A program made the position numbers and the translations under genes. From a virus (lineage: Duplodnaviria; Caudoviricetes): 42,669 nt of DNA. Of this stretch, positions 10,119 through 19,527 are shown one piece after another. The DNA lies in the IMG/VR virus record IMGVR_UViG_3300008267_000108, positions 1 to 42,669 of that record, one strand, 5' to 3'. The notes below the pieces were generated by a model, which searched no databases, had not been told where the DNA came from, and saw nothing but the letters and a program-made list of their open reading frames with translations. Position 1 is the stretch's first letter; every line of letters begins with the position of its first letter.

Positions 10119-10994
10119 ATGAGAAATAATGAAGATAGAATGGGGGCATCAATGCCAGACACCTCCGTTCCACCACAAGAAGTTATTAAAGAACAATCAC
10201 AAGAACAAAAATCCCTTTCATTCATAGTTCCAACCGAAATGGTTGACCTACCATCAAAGGGTTTATTGTACCCAGAAGGACACCCACTTCACGGCGTAGA
10301 GAGTGTTGAGATTCGTCATATGACAGCAAAAGAAGAAGATACTCTTACTTCCAGAAGCTTGTTAAAGAAAGGTATTGCAATCGATAAGATGTTGTCAGAT
10401 ATCTTGATGAACAAGAGCATAAAAATTGAAAACATGCTTATTGGAGATAAAAACGCTTTAGTAGTAGCTGCTAGAATTAGTGGTTACGGTGCTGATTACA
10501 CAACTAAAGTATCTTGTCCATCGTGTAACGCTACACAAGAATTTGAGTTTGATTTAACACAACAAAAAATTAACTATCCATTACAAGACGAAGAATTAGA
10601 TAGTGTTGGTATTAAAAAGACTGCAATCAATACCTATATTATTTCTCTTTGGAAAGGAAAAGCTGAAGTAGAGATTAAGCTTATGACAGGTAAAGAAGAG
10701 CTAGTTTTGTTTGAGAAGATGCAGAAGAATCAAAAGGCTGTTGGACAAGCTGACGCATCTCTAACCGACCAATTGAAGTTGATGATTCGTTCAGTTAATG
10801 GCTCCACAGATACACAAGTTATTAATCAATTTGTAAATTCATTACCAATTGTTGAATCACGAAAGTTAAGAAATGTTTACAAGCAATTAACACCATCAGT
10901 TGAGTTGATAAATACATTTAATTGTCAATTCTGCGACTACGAAACGGATATGGAGGTTCCGTTCTCCCAAGACTTTTTTTGGCCTAAATCCTAA
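10119..10994 (+). CDS. Baseplate hub / tail assembly chaperone, T4 gp26-like
   Basis: VDLPSKG..YP, MTAKEED.L, GDKNAL..AARI.GYG..Y, CPSC, CQFC and terminal DFFWP. Confidence 0.85.
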   Translation: MRNNEDRMGASMPDTSVPPQEVIKEQSQEQKSLSFIVPTEMVDLPSKGLLYPEGHPLHGVESVEIRHMTAKEEDTLTSRSLLKKGIAIDKMLSDILMNKSIKIENMLIGDKNALVVAARISGYGADYTTKVSCPSCNATQEFEFDLTQQKINYPLQDEELDSVGIKKTAINTYIISLWKGKAEVEIKLMTGKEELVLFEKMQKNQKAVGQADASLTDQLKLMIRSVNGSTDTQVINQFVNSLPIVESRKLRNVYKQLTPSVELINTFNCQFCDYETDMEVPFSQDFFWPKS

Positions 10995-10998
10995 GTAT

Positions 10999-11163
10999 AT
11001 GGAGAATGTTTATGAACAATTTTTTGTTCTTAAACATCATGGTGGATGGAGTCTGATAGAGGCATATAACCTTCCAATTGGTCTTAGAAACTGGTTCGTT
11101 AAACGATTAATGAAGCAGTTTGAAAAAGAAAAAGAAGAGATGGATAAAGCGATGAAGAAGTAG
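10999..11163 (+). CDS. Small gp51-like baseplate assembly ORF (54 aa, not in the ORF track); possibly the frameshift extension of the gp26-like gene
   Basis: Hand translation: MENVYEQFFVLKHHGGWSLIEAYNLPIGLRNWFVKRLMKQFEKEKEEMDKAMKK*. No SD before the ATG; the frame is open back through the T7 run at 10974-10980. Confidence 0.75.
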   Translation: MENVYEQFFVLKHHGGWSLIEAYNLPIGLRNWFVKRLMKQFEKEKEEMDKAMKK

Positions 11164-11200
11164 AACGCTAGTTTAAAAGAACTAGCGTTCTTTTCTTTTT
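11163..11200 (+). terminator. Intrinsic terminator
   Basis: GAACGCTAGTT-taaaag-AACTAGCGTTC followed by TTTTCTTTTT. Confidence 0.9.
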
Positions 11201-11204
11201 ATGA

Positions 11205-11212
11205 ACTATTTA
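11205..11212 (+). promoter_or_regulatory. Putative late promoter ACTATTTA
   Basis: Motif directly after the terminator and before a GAGGT RBS. Confidence 0.7.
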
Positions 11213-11227
11213 ATTTGAGGTATTGTC

Positions 11228-11554
11228 ATGGCTGAAAAAGATATTGTTCCTATTCATATTGATTTGAATAGTCCAAATAAACTAAATGAATCTTGGTTAT
11301 TTGCGTTTGGTTCCATGATAAAACTTGTTCTAAAACAAATGTTTGGACAAGATGTATTCCTACCAGTATCCGTTACAGGAACAACAGACCAAATAGAATC
11401 TTTTGCCAAAGCATTGGCGGGAGAGAAAAGATATTTTGAATCTTATGTAAGACACGGATTGAACGACCCAAGAACACATGAAGATAGATATAGACTTGAA
11501 ATTGCTATTGATAAATTTGAACGAGATACGGGCATTAAGTGGCCTTATAAATAA
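11228..11554 (+). CDS. Hypothetical late protein preceding the tape measure gene
   Basis: Good RBS, late motif upstream, contains KLNESW. Confidence 0.6.
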   Translation: MAEKDIVPIHIDLNSPNKLNESWLFAFGSMIKLVLKQMFGQDVFLPVSVTGTTDQIESFAKALAGEKRYFESYVRHGLNDPRTHEDRYRLEIAIDKFERDTGIKWPYK

Positions 11555-11572
11555 TAGGAAAACATAATTTAA

Positions 11573-14353
11573 ATGGCAGAACCATCTACACCATCCCCAG
11601 AATCAGAAGCTGCTGCGGCATCTTTACTTGAAAAATATTCTTCCATAGTTGATGTGTTGCGCGAGCAACGTGTTGCAGAAGAACAAATTTTAAGAATTAT
11701 TCAATTTATGGAAGAATCTGAAAGACGCAGAAATGCTATGGCAACTGAGCGTCTGGGGATTTTAAAAAATGAAATGGAATTTTTAAAGGATGGATTACAA
11801 AGTTACGAGCAAACAGTCTTAACTATGATGAAGCAAGACACACTAGCTGGGGCTGCAATAAACAAACACAAAGAAGCATTAGATTTACTTGTAAAACAAA
11901 AAGAAGAACAAATTCAAGCAGAAATAGGTAGAGGAAAAAAGAAAGACCAACTTAAAAATGAATTAGATGATTTAAAGGACTTACATCGCCAACGTGAAGC
12001 TACGCTATACATACAAAAGCAAATAAATAATGGAGAAGAAAAGGGTAAAGAAGGAGCAACTGCTTTATTAAATATATTTGGTATAAAAGCAAAAGAACAA
12101 AAACTTACGCTAATGGAATCAATAATGGTTGGTGAAATTAGTATACAAACATTTAAACAAGCTATTACAGAAAATTTAACATTAAGAGGTATTGCAGCAT
12201 CAATAGGTTCCAAAATAGTCGAATCATCGATTGCTTTAGCAAAAAGTATGGATGATGCTAGAGCATCTGTATATAAACTTTCTGGTGGCAGTAAAGAATT
12301 GGCGACCGAAATGATGAGTTTGTCGGACGTAGCCAAAGATGCACAAGTCCCATTCTCAGACTTAAGTAAATCTTATGGTACATTGATGAAAAATTCAAGT
12401 AACTTTACCAAATTAACAGAAGCGGAAAGAGCATCTTTATCTAAAACTGTTGCACAGATGGAAAAAATGGGCGCATCTGTTGATGCTTCGTCAAAAAATA
12501 TATCTATATTTACACAATCATTAAGTATGTCTGCCTCTGAAGCCGACAACGCATCTCAACAACTTGTACAATTATCAAATGTTTTACAAGTTTCATTAGA
12601 TGAAGTTGTTTCTGGTTTTAGTGCTGCTGCCAATACTATGGTTGTATATGGCAAAGAAGCAGTAAATCAATTTAAATTATTATCCGCAGAATCAAAAGCT
12701 TTAGGTATATCTGTTAATGATTTGATAGGAATTGTTAGTAAATCAGACACATTTCAAGGCGCAGCAGAACAAGCTGGTAAATTAAATGCCATATTAGGTG
12801 GTGGTTTATTAAATTCATCCAAACTTCTAACAGCATCAGAGGGTGAAAGAATTAAATTGATTCGTAATGCTGTTATGGAATCTGGTAGACAATTTTCTGA
12901 AATGACCAAATATGAACAAATTGCTTTTGCAAATGCTGCTGGTATTAAAGATATGACAACAGCACAAAAATTATTTAATCAAAATATTAAAGATTCTGAT
13001 ATAGATGCATATACAACTGGATTAAATGCAGCAGGTATGACTCAAGAACAAATGGCAGAGCATACTTTAAATGCACAAGCAGTTCAAGAAAAGATGAAGA
13101 TAACGATGGAAAAGTTTGCAATTGCAATGGCTCCTATAGTAGATATTGGCAACAAAATTCTTGGATTTCTCAATAATTGGGGAAGCACAACTACATTTGT
13201 TATTGGTGTGATATTTTCTATAATTACAACTTTAAAGATTTTTCGTGCTGTATTGCTAATTCAACAAGCTACAACTTCTGCCGTTGCCTTTGCACAGACT
13301 ATGTTTGGAACATCTATGCAATTTACAGCAGCTTCCGCCAGAAGTATGCTTATATCTTTTGGTGCTGTTGTTGCAATATTGCTTATATTAGGCGCAATAT
13401 TACACGCAACCAACTCGCCACCCTTTTACTTAATCTTCTTTACGTTTGGTCTAGCAATCTTTTTTGCTGGTCAAATGGCAGATAAATCAAAATCTGGTCT
13501 TTACGCTATGGGTGCTTCGTTGCTGATGATTGGTATCGGTGTACACTTAGCGGCATCTGGCTTGGCAAAGTTGGCCGATTCATTCTCCAAACTAAATCCA
13601 GACCAATTGAAATATCTTGCTATTGTAATTGGTATATTAACGGTAGCATTATTAGTAATGTTTGCTGGTTTAGGATTCTTGGTGTATACAGGTCTTGGTC
13701 TGGCTGCTGCTGGTGTCTTGTTGGCGTTTGGTGCTGCCATGCTTATGGCTGGTGCTGGTGCTTTGTTGTTTGGCATGGGAATGTCTATGGTTATTGACTC
13801 TCTCGCTAATTTAACAAAGAATATAGCTGGCTTGGCGTTGTTACCAATGGTTCTATACGCAACTGCCGCAGCAATGATTTCGTTTGCACTCGCTATGTTA
13901 TCATTGGTTCCAATCTTATACTTTGGTGCTGCACCAATGTTAGCCTTCGTTGGGTTACTATATCTTCTTGGAAAAGCTCTCGATAGTATAAGTCCAGAGA
14001 AATCTATAGCAGTTAAAGCTACTGTTGAATCTGTTAAGGAAATAACGACAGCAGCAAGAAACATACAAGCTAAAGATTTGCAGAATCTAGAAGAAGTTGT
14101 TGACCAAATTCATAAATATAACGTTGAAGCAACAATTAACAGAGCATTAAACATTACTGCACCATTTAAAGAATTGATTGATGCAATTGCTGGTCAAACA
14201 GATTCGGTTACCGCTGCTTCTAGAAAAGAAGCAACAGTTATAATGAAGCTGAACGATAGAGAGTTCGGAAGAGCTGTTGTAAGCACTTTAAATGAATATG
14301 GAACTGTAAATACGAGCATTAGAAAAACAACACCAGCAGGTACTAATTCTTAA
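11573..14353 (+). CDS. Tape measure protein
   Basis: 926 aa, helical Ala/Leu/Ser-rich with multiple hydrophobic segments in the C-terminal half and terminal VIMKLNDREFGRAV; lies between chaperone and baseplate genes. Confidence 0.8.
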   Translation: MAEPSTPSPESEAAAASLLEKYSSIVDVLREQRVAEEQILRIIQFMEESERRRNAMATERLGILKNEMEFLKDGLQSYEQTVLTMMKQDTLAGAAINKHKEALDLLVKQKEEQIQAEIGRGKKKDQLKNELDDLKDLHRQREATLYIQKQINNGEEKGKEGATALLNIFGIKAKEQKLTLMESIMVGEISIQTFKQAITENLTLRGIAASIGSKIVESSIALAKSMDDARASVYKLSGGSKELATEMMSLSDVAKDAQVPFSDLSKSYGTLMKNSSNFTKLTEAERASLSKTVAQMEKMGASVDASSKNISIFTQSLSMSASEADNASQQLVQLSNVLQVSLDEVVSGFSAAANTMVVYGKEAVNQFKLLSAESKALGISVNDLIGIVSKSDTFQGAAEQAGKLNAILGGGLLNSSKLLTASEGERIKLIRNAVMESGRQFSEMTKYEQIAFANAAGIKDMTTAQKLFNQNIKDSDIDAYTTGLNAAGMTQEQMAEHTLNAQAVQEKMKITMEKFAIAMAPIVDIGNKILGFLNNWGSTTTFVIGVIFSIITTLKIFRAVLLIQQATTSAVAFAQTMFGTSMQFTAASARSMLISFGAVVAILLILGAILHATNSPPFYLIFFTFGLAIFFAGQMADKSKSGLYAMGASLLMIGIGVHLAASGLAKLADSFSKLNPDQLKYLAIVIGILTVALLVMFAGLGFLVYTGLGLAAAGVLLAFGAAMLMAGAGALLFGMGMSMVIDSLANLTKNIAGLALLPMVLYATAAAMISFALAMLSLVPILYFGAAPMLAFVGLLYLLGKALDSISPEKSIAVKATVESVKEITTAARNIQAKDLQNLEEVVDQIHKYNVEATINRALNITAPFKELIDAIAGQTDSVTAASRKEATVIMKLNDREFGRAVVSTLNEYGTVNTSIRKTTPAGTNS

Positions 14354-14368
14354 TATTTGAATTTAAGT

Positions 14369-14376
14369 ACTATTTA
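14369..14376 (+). promoter_or_regulatory. Putative late promoter ACTATTTA
   Basis: Intergenic motif before the baseplate genes. Confidence 0.7.
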
Positions 14377-14392
14377 AGTTAAGGGGTTTATA

Positions 14393-15106
14393 ATGCCAAA
14401 AGTAGAACAGTTTAGATTGAAAAATATAGTAAGCAGTCATTCTGCTATAATCGATGCTAGTTCAATAACAAAACTCTCTATTAAAGACAAAATAACACCA
14501 GAGTACAATGAATCTATAGGATATGGTAAGTTTGACCCTATTATGTCTTGGAAGAGAACAAGTAGAACTGTTAGCGTTGATTTTACTGTTAATGGTCACA
14601 ATCTAACACAAAAACTTATTAAAGATTTTTCCTTATTAACATTACCAAAATATCAAAATATAAATTATGACCCAATAATTGACCAAGCTGAAGTTGATGC
14701 GTTAACATCTAATCCGGACGACGTTCCAGACGAAAGCTTAACAGATGAAGAATTGCTGCAATCTGACATACCCGTAGAAACTGGTCCCGCTTCAAACACA
14801 GCATTTGTCGTTTCTGGTGCGCCAATCTATAGGTTGAATCTATTTGGATATTTTGATGAATTTGGTATAATAAAAAATCTATCAGTAATGCCAGACTTTG
14901 ATAAGAAAACTCTTGTTTATGAGGGAAGACAAAAAGATGCAACAGACGGTGGAACATTTATTAATGTACTTTCTGCTGACAATATACAAGGTTTAAGTTA
15001 TAGCTTTCAAAAAGTACAGGTAACTTTTGATTACGTTGTATTACACAAAATCACACCTTCATTTGAAATAGCTTCTTCTCTTAACAGTTGGCCCATGAAG
15101 AAATAA
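14393..15106 (+). CDS. Baseplate tube-initiator-like protein
   Basis: YGKFDPI..WKRTSRTVSVDF and GAPIYRL motifs; position between tape measure and LysM-like gene. Confidence 0.55.
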   Translation: MPKVEQFRLKNIVSSHSAIIDASSITKLSIKDKITPEYNESIGYGKFDPIMSWKRTSRTVSVDFTVNGHNLTQKLIKDFSLLTLPKYQNINYDPIIDQAEVDALTSNPDDVPDESLTDEELLQSDIPVETGPASNTAFVVSGAPIYRLNLFGYFDEFGIIKNLSVMPDFDKKTLVYEGRQKDATDGGTFINVLSADNIQGLSYSFQKVQVTFDYVVLHKITPSFEIASSLNSWPMKK

Positions 15107-15117
15107 AGGAATATAAT

Positions 15118-15453
15118 ATGTCTCGTTTATTCTCAGAAACAGCAATCTTAAGTCATGAAGACTATGAAAACTTTCTTCTTAATAGGGGAGTTAACAAAAT
15201 TGAATTTAATAAATTTATTCCATTATTAAAACTAACTCCTCAACAACGAAGAGAAATTATAGAAATAAAACATATATGGAAATCTGGTGACAGATTTTAT
15301 AAACTTGCTTCTGTTCATTATGGCAATCCATCTTATTGGTGGATAATAGCTTATTATAATCAAAAGCCAATTGAAAACATGGTTGGTTTGGGACAAGTAA
15401 TTGTAATTCCTAAACCACTAGACCGAATGATAACCTTACTTTCTGGAAGATAA
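15118..15453 (+). CDS. Baseplate wedge protein, LysM / gp53-like
   Basis: HIWKSGDRFYKLA..HYG.P.YWWIIAYYN...G.VIVIP. ATG at 15118 has an AAGGA RBS (track start is 15088). Confidence 0.8.
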   Translation: MSRLFSETAILSHEDYENFLLNRGVNKIEFNKFIPLLKLTPQQRREIIEIKHIWKSGDRFYKLASVHYGNPSYWWIIAYYNQKPIENMVGLGQVIVIPKPLDRMITLLSGR

Positions 15454-15454
15454 A

Positions 15455-18271
15455 ATGCCACCAAACGACACTAGTACACCACCACCAGCACCTTCTGCAA
15501 GTGGAGACTCAGCAGAGCAAAAAAGTAGTGATGTATCGTCACAACCAGAACAAACATTTGTTGCTGATTGGATAGATAAAATTGCAGAGCTATTTGATTT
15601 TGCTAATGGTGGTAACGAATTGGATGCACACCCTTCCATACCAGCACCAGATACATCTGCTAATCAATCATCTGACCCATCTGCACCACCACAGGCAGAT
15701 GCATCAGTTAAAGCTGGTGTCTTAACCAATTTAATTTGGGTTCAACCAGAACAAGATGCGTTATTTGAGACTGCACCATTGTTTGAAAATATAAGTAAAG
15801 TTACTAGCAATACTAAGCCATACAACTTTAAAAAAGATTTGGACTCATTAACGCCACTCCAACTTTCATGTATAACACCAGTAATAAAACTTTATAGGAG
15901 AGATTATTATTCTGCGGGAGCAACTATTGATGATAGAGCGAAAAGCGACTACAAAGATAGAGTATTTGTATTTAATAACGATTTCAATGCACGAAACGGT
16001 GGCTCACTAACATCTTACTCAGATGCTGATGAAAACCAAATAATCAATTTTTTGTTTGGTGGTGCTGTTAATCCTACATTATTATCAGCAGGTATAAAAA
16101 ATGTAAATATAACATTAGCTGGTACTAACCCTGTTGAAGCAGAGCGTTCAATTGATGTGTCAATAAGTTTGGTTTTTTCTTCTTTTGAAGCATTATTAGG
16201 TGGCTTTGTCGCAGGTAATGTTGAACAAAGTTTAATACAAAGAACTAGGGGAGCCAATACAGTTCGTGACACTACTGATTATACTGATACCGATGGTGTA
16301 CACAAGGACATAAAAGGAGTTACTCGTAATTATTTATCTTTAATTACATATCCTCCAAGCGACGAACAAGTGCGTTCAATGGATAAAAAAAGTAATGTTT
16401 ACTTGCCAAATCTTTTTTCTGTATTTTTAGAAACTAGTTGGAAATTATCTATTGGTGATAAAGAAACGTCAGAGCAAATTTTTCCATCTATAAGATATAA
16501 CAAATTTCTTGACACTTTAGCTAGTGATGGTCATAGTTTAAAGGTTCTATTAAATTTAATAAATCATGAATTAAATTTTACAGAAGAAGGAAGTGTAGAA
16601 TTAAAAATTAATTATATTGGTTCACTAGATACTCAAGCCAAATCTAATGATACTGATTTCTTATATGCAAACTACAAGAGACTTTTAACAAAAAGATTAG
16701 AAGCAAATTCTGGTAATCAAGCTAAATTAGATAAAATTAATGAATATGTTGAAAATTGTGTAAAACAAGATGATACACAAAGTAAAGAATCATATACAAA
16801 ACAAAAAGACGAACTATCAAAATCTATAACAGAAGAAAACAAAAAGCAAGGAGCTATTGAGGAAAGTGCCATGAACGCACTTCATCAAGAATTTATGCAG
16901 TATCTAATAAGTAAAAGAATTTCTGATATGAAAGTTTTGTATCTAGATTCAAAAGCTGCTATTGATTGGAATGCAACAATATCTCAACCCAATCGACCTG
17001 TTGATACACAAAATGATAATTTTGTACTAGGTTCTATAAAAAGAGTTAATAGTCAATTTTTAAAACCAAAAATGCAAAGTGCTGAAGTTTTACAACAAAC
17101 TTCTGAAATGCGAGAGGTTTATGGTTCTAAGAAAGATGCAACATTTAATAGTCGAGAATCAGAAATAAAAGATATTGAAGAATACGTTAAAGATAGAAAG
17201 ATAGAGGACGATTCAGCTAGTATAGTAGTCATTCCTCTTGGTGTTTTATTGGATGGGTTCTTATCTTATTTGAAAGAAACATTACCTACTGATTTCAATA
17301 AGCATTTATTTTTTATTCTTGGAGATTTTGGATATAGAATAAGAAAACAAGAAAAAATAATAAAACTTCCATTAGCTAAATTACCAATTCCGTTAACAAG
17401 TTTTCAACAATGGTATACTGATGTTATTTTGAAACCAGAAGCAAAAAACTTTCCTCTATTTGACTTCCTTGATAATTTTTTTACAAAATTAGTTATTCCA
17501 ACTTTAGCTGGTTTAGCACCATCAACATCAACTATTGGTAATGTTTATTCATATAAAATGGTGCCAAAACAGGCACAGATGATTATTAATGATGATTTAA
17601 TAACTAAAATAAAATCTCCGTTTGAAATTACTCGCGCAAGAGTATTGACCCAAGATTTAGTATCTAAAATCAATACTGGTGGTACTCCAGAGTCAACTTT
17701 AGAAACATGTAATTTTATTTATTTTTCAATAGAAACTGCTGAACAAACTCCCCAAACTGGCTTAGAGTTTAAGGGTGTAGAATTGGACCAGCAAAAGGGA
17801 ATTTCTCACATTTGGGTTGGTAATTCAGTAGGTTTAGTAAAGTCAATTAAATTTAAAAGAGTTGAACAGCCCGGACTTAAAGAAGCAAGAGCTACGAAAG
17901 AAGCTTTTATTCCATTACATCAATTAAGAGATTTATACAATGCTGACATAACAATGTTTGGTAATCATTATTATGCACCGGGACAAAAAATATATATACA
18001 TCCACAAAACTCTGTTCTTGGAGAACCTTACGTTAAAGGCTCTTTATCAAATATAATGGGAATTGGTGGTTATTATGATATAATTAAGATTTCAACGAAC
18101 ATAGGTGATGGTGGATATGAGACAACATTAGATTGTGTCTGGCATAGTAGCGGTGAAAGACAGATTAATGACACAACCGCACTTGACCAAAGATGTTCAC
18201 AACTAAAAGGTGAGATAACCCCAAGTTCAGCCCCACCTTCATCATCAGAGCCAGAAGTGAGTGAACCATAA
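15455..18271 (+). CDS. Large baseplate hub protein (gp27/gpD-like C-terminus)
   Basis: C-terminal YNADITMFGN....PGQ.IYI...GIGGYY.I.KI.....GYETTL; follows the LysM-like gene. Confidence 0.6.
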   Translation: MPPNDTSTPPPAPSASGDSAEQKSSDVSSQPEQTFVADWIDKIAELFDFANGGNELDAHPSIPAPDTSANQSSDPSAPPQADASVKAGVLTNLIWVQPEQDALFETAPLFENISKVTSNTKPYNFKKDLDSLTPLQLSCITPVIKLYRRDYYSAGATIDDRAKSDYKDRVFVFNNDFNARNGGSLTSYSDADENQIINFLFGGAVNPTLLSAGIKNVNITLAGTNPVEAERSIDVSISLVFSSFEALLGGFVAGNVEQSLIQRTRGANTVRDTTDYTDTDGVHKDIKGVTRNYLSLITYPPSDEQVRSMDKKSNVYLPNLFSVFLETSWKLSIGDKETSEQIFPSIRYNKFLDTLASDGHSLKVLLNLINHELNFTEEGSVELKINYIGSLDTQAKSNDTDFLYANYKRLLTKRLEANSGNQAKLDKINEYVENCVKQDDTQSKESYTKQKDELSKSITEENKKQGAIEESAMNALHQEFMQYLISKRISDMKVLYLDSKAAIDWNATISQPNRPVDTQNDNFVLGSIKRVNSQFLKPKMQSAEVLQQTSEMREVYGSKKDATFNSRESEIKDIEEYVKDRKIEDDSASIVVIPLGVLLDGFLSYLKETLPTDFNKHLFFILGDFGYRIRKQEKIIKLPLAKLPIPLTSFQQWYTDVILKPEAKNFPLFDFLDNFFTKLVIPTLAGLAPSTSTIGNVYSYKMVPKQAQMIINDDLITKIKSPFEITRARVLTQDLVSKINTGGTPESTLETCNFIYFSIETAEQTPQTGLEFKGVELDQQKGISHIWVGNSVGLVKSIKFKRVEQPGLKEARATKEAFIPLHQLRDLYNADITMFGNHYYAPGQKIYIHPQNSVLGEPYVKGSLSNIMGIGGYYDIIKISTNIGDGGYETTLDCVWHSSGERQINDTTALDQRCSQLKGEITPSSAPPSSSEPEVSEP

Positions 18272-18273
18272 AA

Positions 18274-19518
18274 ATGTCTACACCAGTTAGTGAATTAAAA
18301 AATATATACGAAGAAGCAGGTTATTTATCTGGTTCTAATCAGATGCCTATAAAACAGGTATATTCAAATAGAATTGAATATGATAAAAAATATGCCAACA
18401 AAGAAGGTTCTATTAATTTAATGTTTCAAAAAACATTATATGGAAGAGTTGATATGGAGCAAAACTATATCTATCCAAATCAAGAATTATTATCACCACT
18501 AATGTCTAATGGTAGAGAAACTGGTATTTATGTATTGCCTTTTGTTGCTGACGCTTTTAAAGATATGGAATCTGAAATACAGATGGGTATTTTTAATGGA
18601 AAAATACAAGCTAGTTCTATATTTCCATTTACTGTTAAAAAAGATTATTCCAATCCACTAACAGCATACACAATTCAATTAGATAATATTTTAGAGATAT
18701 TTAAAAATTACATAATAAACAACTCATATTTAAATAAGTTTGAAAATTTTAATGAATTTTTAAATTTGTTTTGTAAGTTCTTATCTTATGCAAATTATGG
18801 AATATCTTTTAGTGATTTCATTATGAAGAGTTCCATAAATTCAACTGGTATTAGTGCTGTTTTAAAACCATCTGATTTATCAAATGATTTAAAAAAAGAA
18901 CAATTTTATGCACAAACAGATTTTTCAAAATATACATACATTCTAAAAAAATATGGTTTTAAATATGATTATCATGCTCCTTGGAGAATAATATTTGACC
19001 TTAATACTCCGTTTGCTGGTTCTTACTTATCAAAGTATGAAATAAATAAGACTAGTGAAATATTTGATATATTTTATTTGAGAGCAGTTGATACAGAATT
19101 ATCAATTATAATTGAAAAATTAGTTAATTATTATAATGTATTATGTAGAAATTATGCTTATCTTTATTCACACAAAACAATTATACAAAATGGAAAATAT
19201 GTAACCAAAACAGAGAAAAGATTAAGAAAGTTTGCAAATGAAGAAGAAGTTTTGAACTCAATACCATTACCCAAATTAATGAAATTTTATTTATATATAA
19301 GACTTAAAGAAATTAATAGTACATACACACAGCAAGAATTTGATTCGTTAGCATCAACACTAGAATACATCATTCAAACCCAAGGTAAAGAGGCTGGTTA
19401 TGATTTTGTATTAACAAATACCAAAACAGTAGTAGCACAAGGAAGCAATCCAACAATCTCCTTGACTGCGCCAACGATAAGTGGTATAAATACTCTTGAT
19501 ATCAAAATCAATTTCTAA
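18274..19518 (+). CDS. Hypothetical protein, very AT-rich, end of tail operon
   Basis: 414-aa ORF 2 bp after the previous stop; LYGRVD, FVADAF and YGF..D..APWR motifs; no function recognised. Confidence 0.6.
   Translation: MSTPVSELKNIYEEAGYLSGSNQMPIKQVYSNRIEYDKKYANKEGSINLMFQKTLYGRVDMEQNYIYPNQELLSPLMSNGRETGIYVLPFVADAFKDMESEIQMGIFNGKIQASSIFPFTVKKDYSNPLTAYTIQLDNILEIFKNYIINNSYLNKFENFNEFLNLFCKFLSYANYGISFSDFIMKSSINSTGISAVLKPSDLSNDLKKEQFYAQTDFSKYTYILKKYGFKYDYHAPWRIIFDLNTPFAGSYLSKYEINKTSEIFDIFYLRAVDTELSIIIEKLVNYYNVLCRNYAYLYSHKTIIQNGKYVTKTEKRLRKFANEEEVLNSIPLPKLMKFYLYIRLKEINSTYTQQEFDSLASTLEYIIQTQGKEAGYDFVLTNTKTVVAQGSNPTISLTAPTISGINTLDIKINF
19462..19490 (+). promoter_or_regulatory. Sigma70-like promoter upstream of the polymerase gene
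   Basis: TTGACT-17 bp-TATAAA with an extended -10 TG. Confidence 0.6.
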
Positions 19519-19527
19519 GAGGTATCT

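Noticed and set aside
19485-19492. TATAAATA matching the T4 late promoter
   Set aside because: It precedes a replication gene and is better explained as the -10 of a sigma70 promoter with a -35 at 17 bp. Structural genes use ACTATTTA instead.
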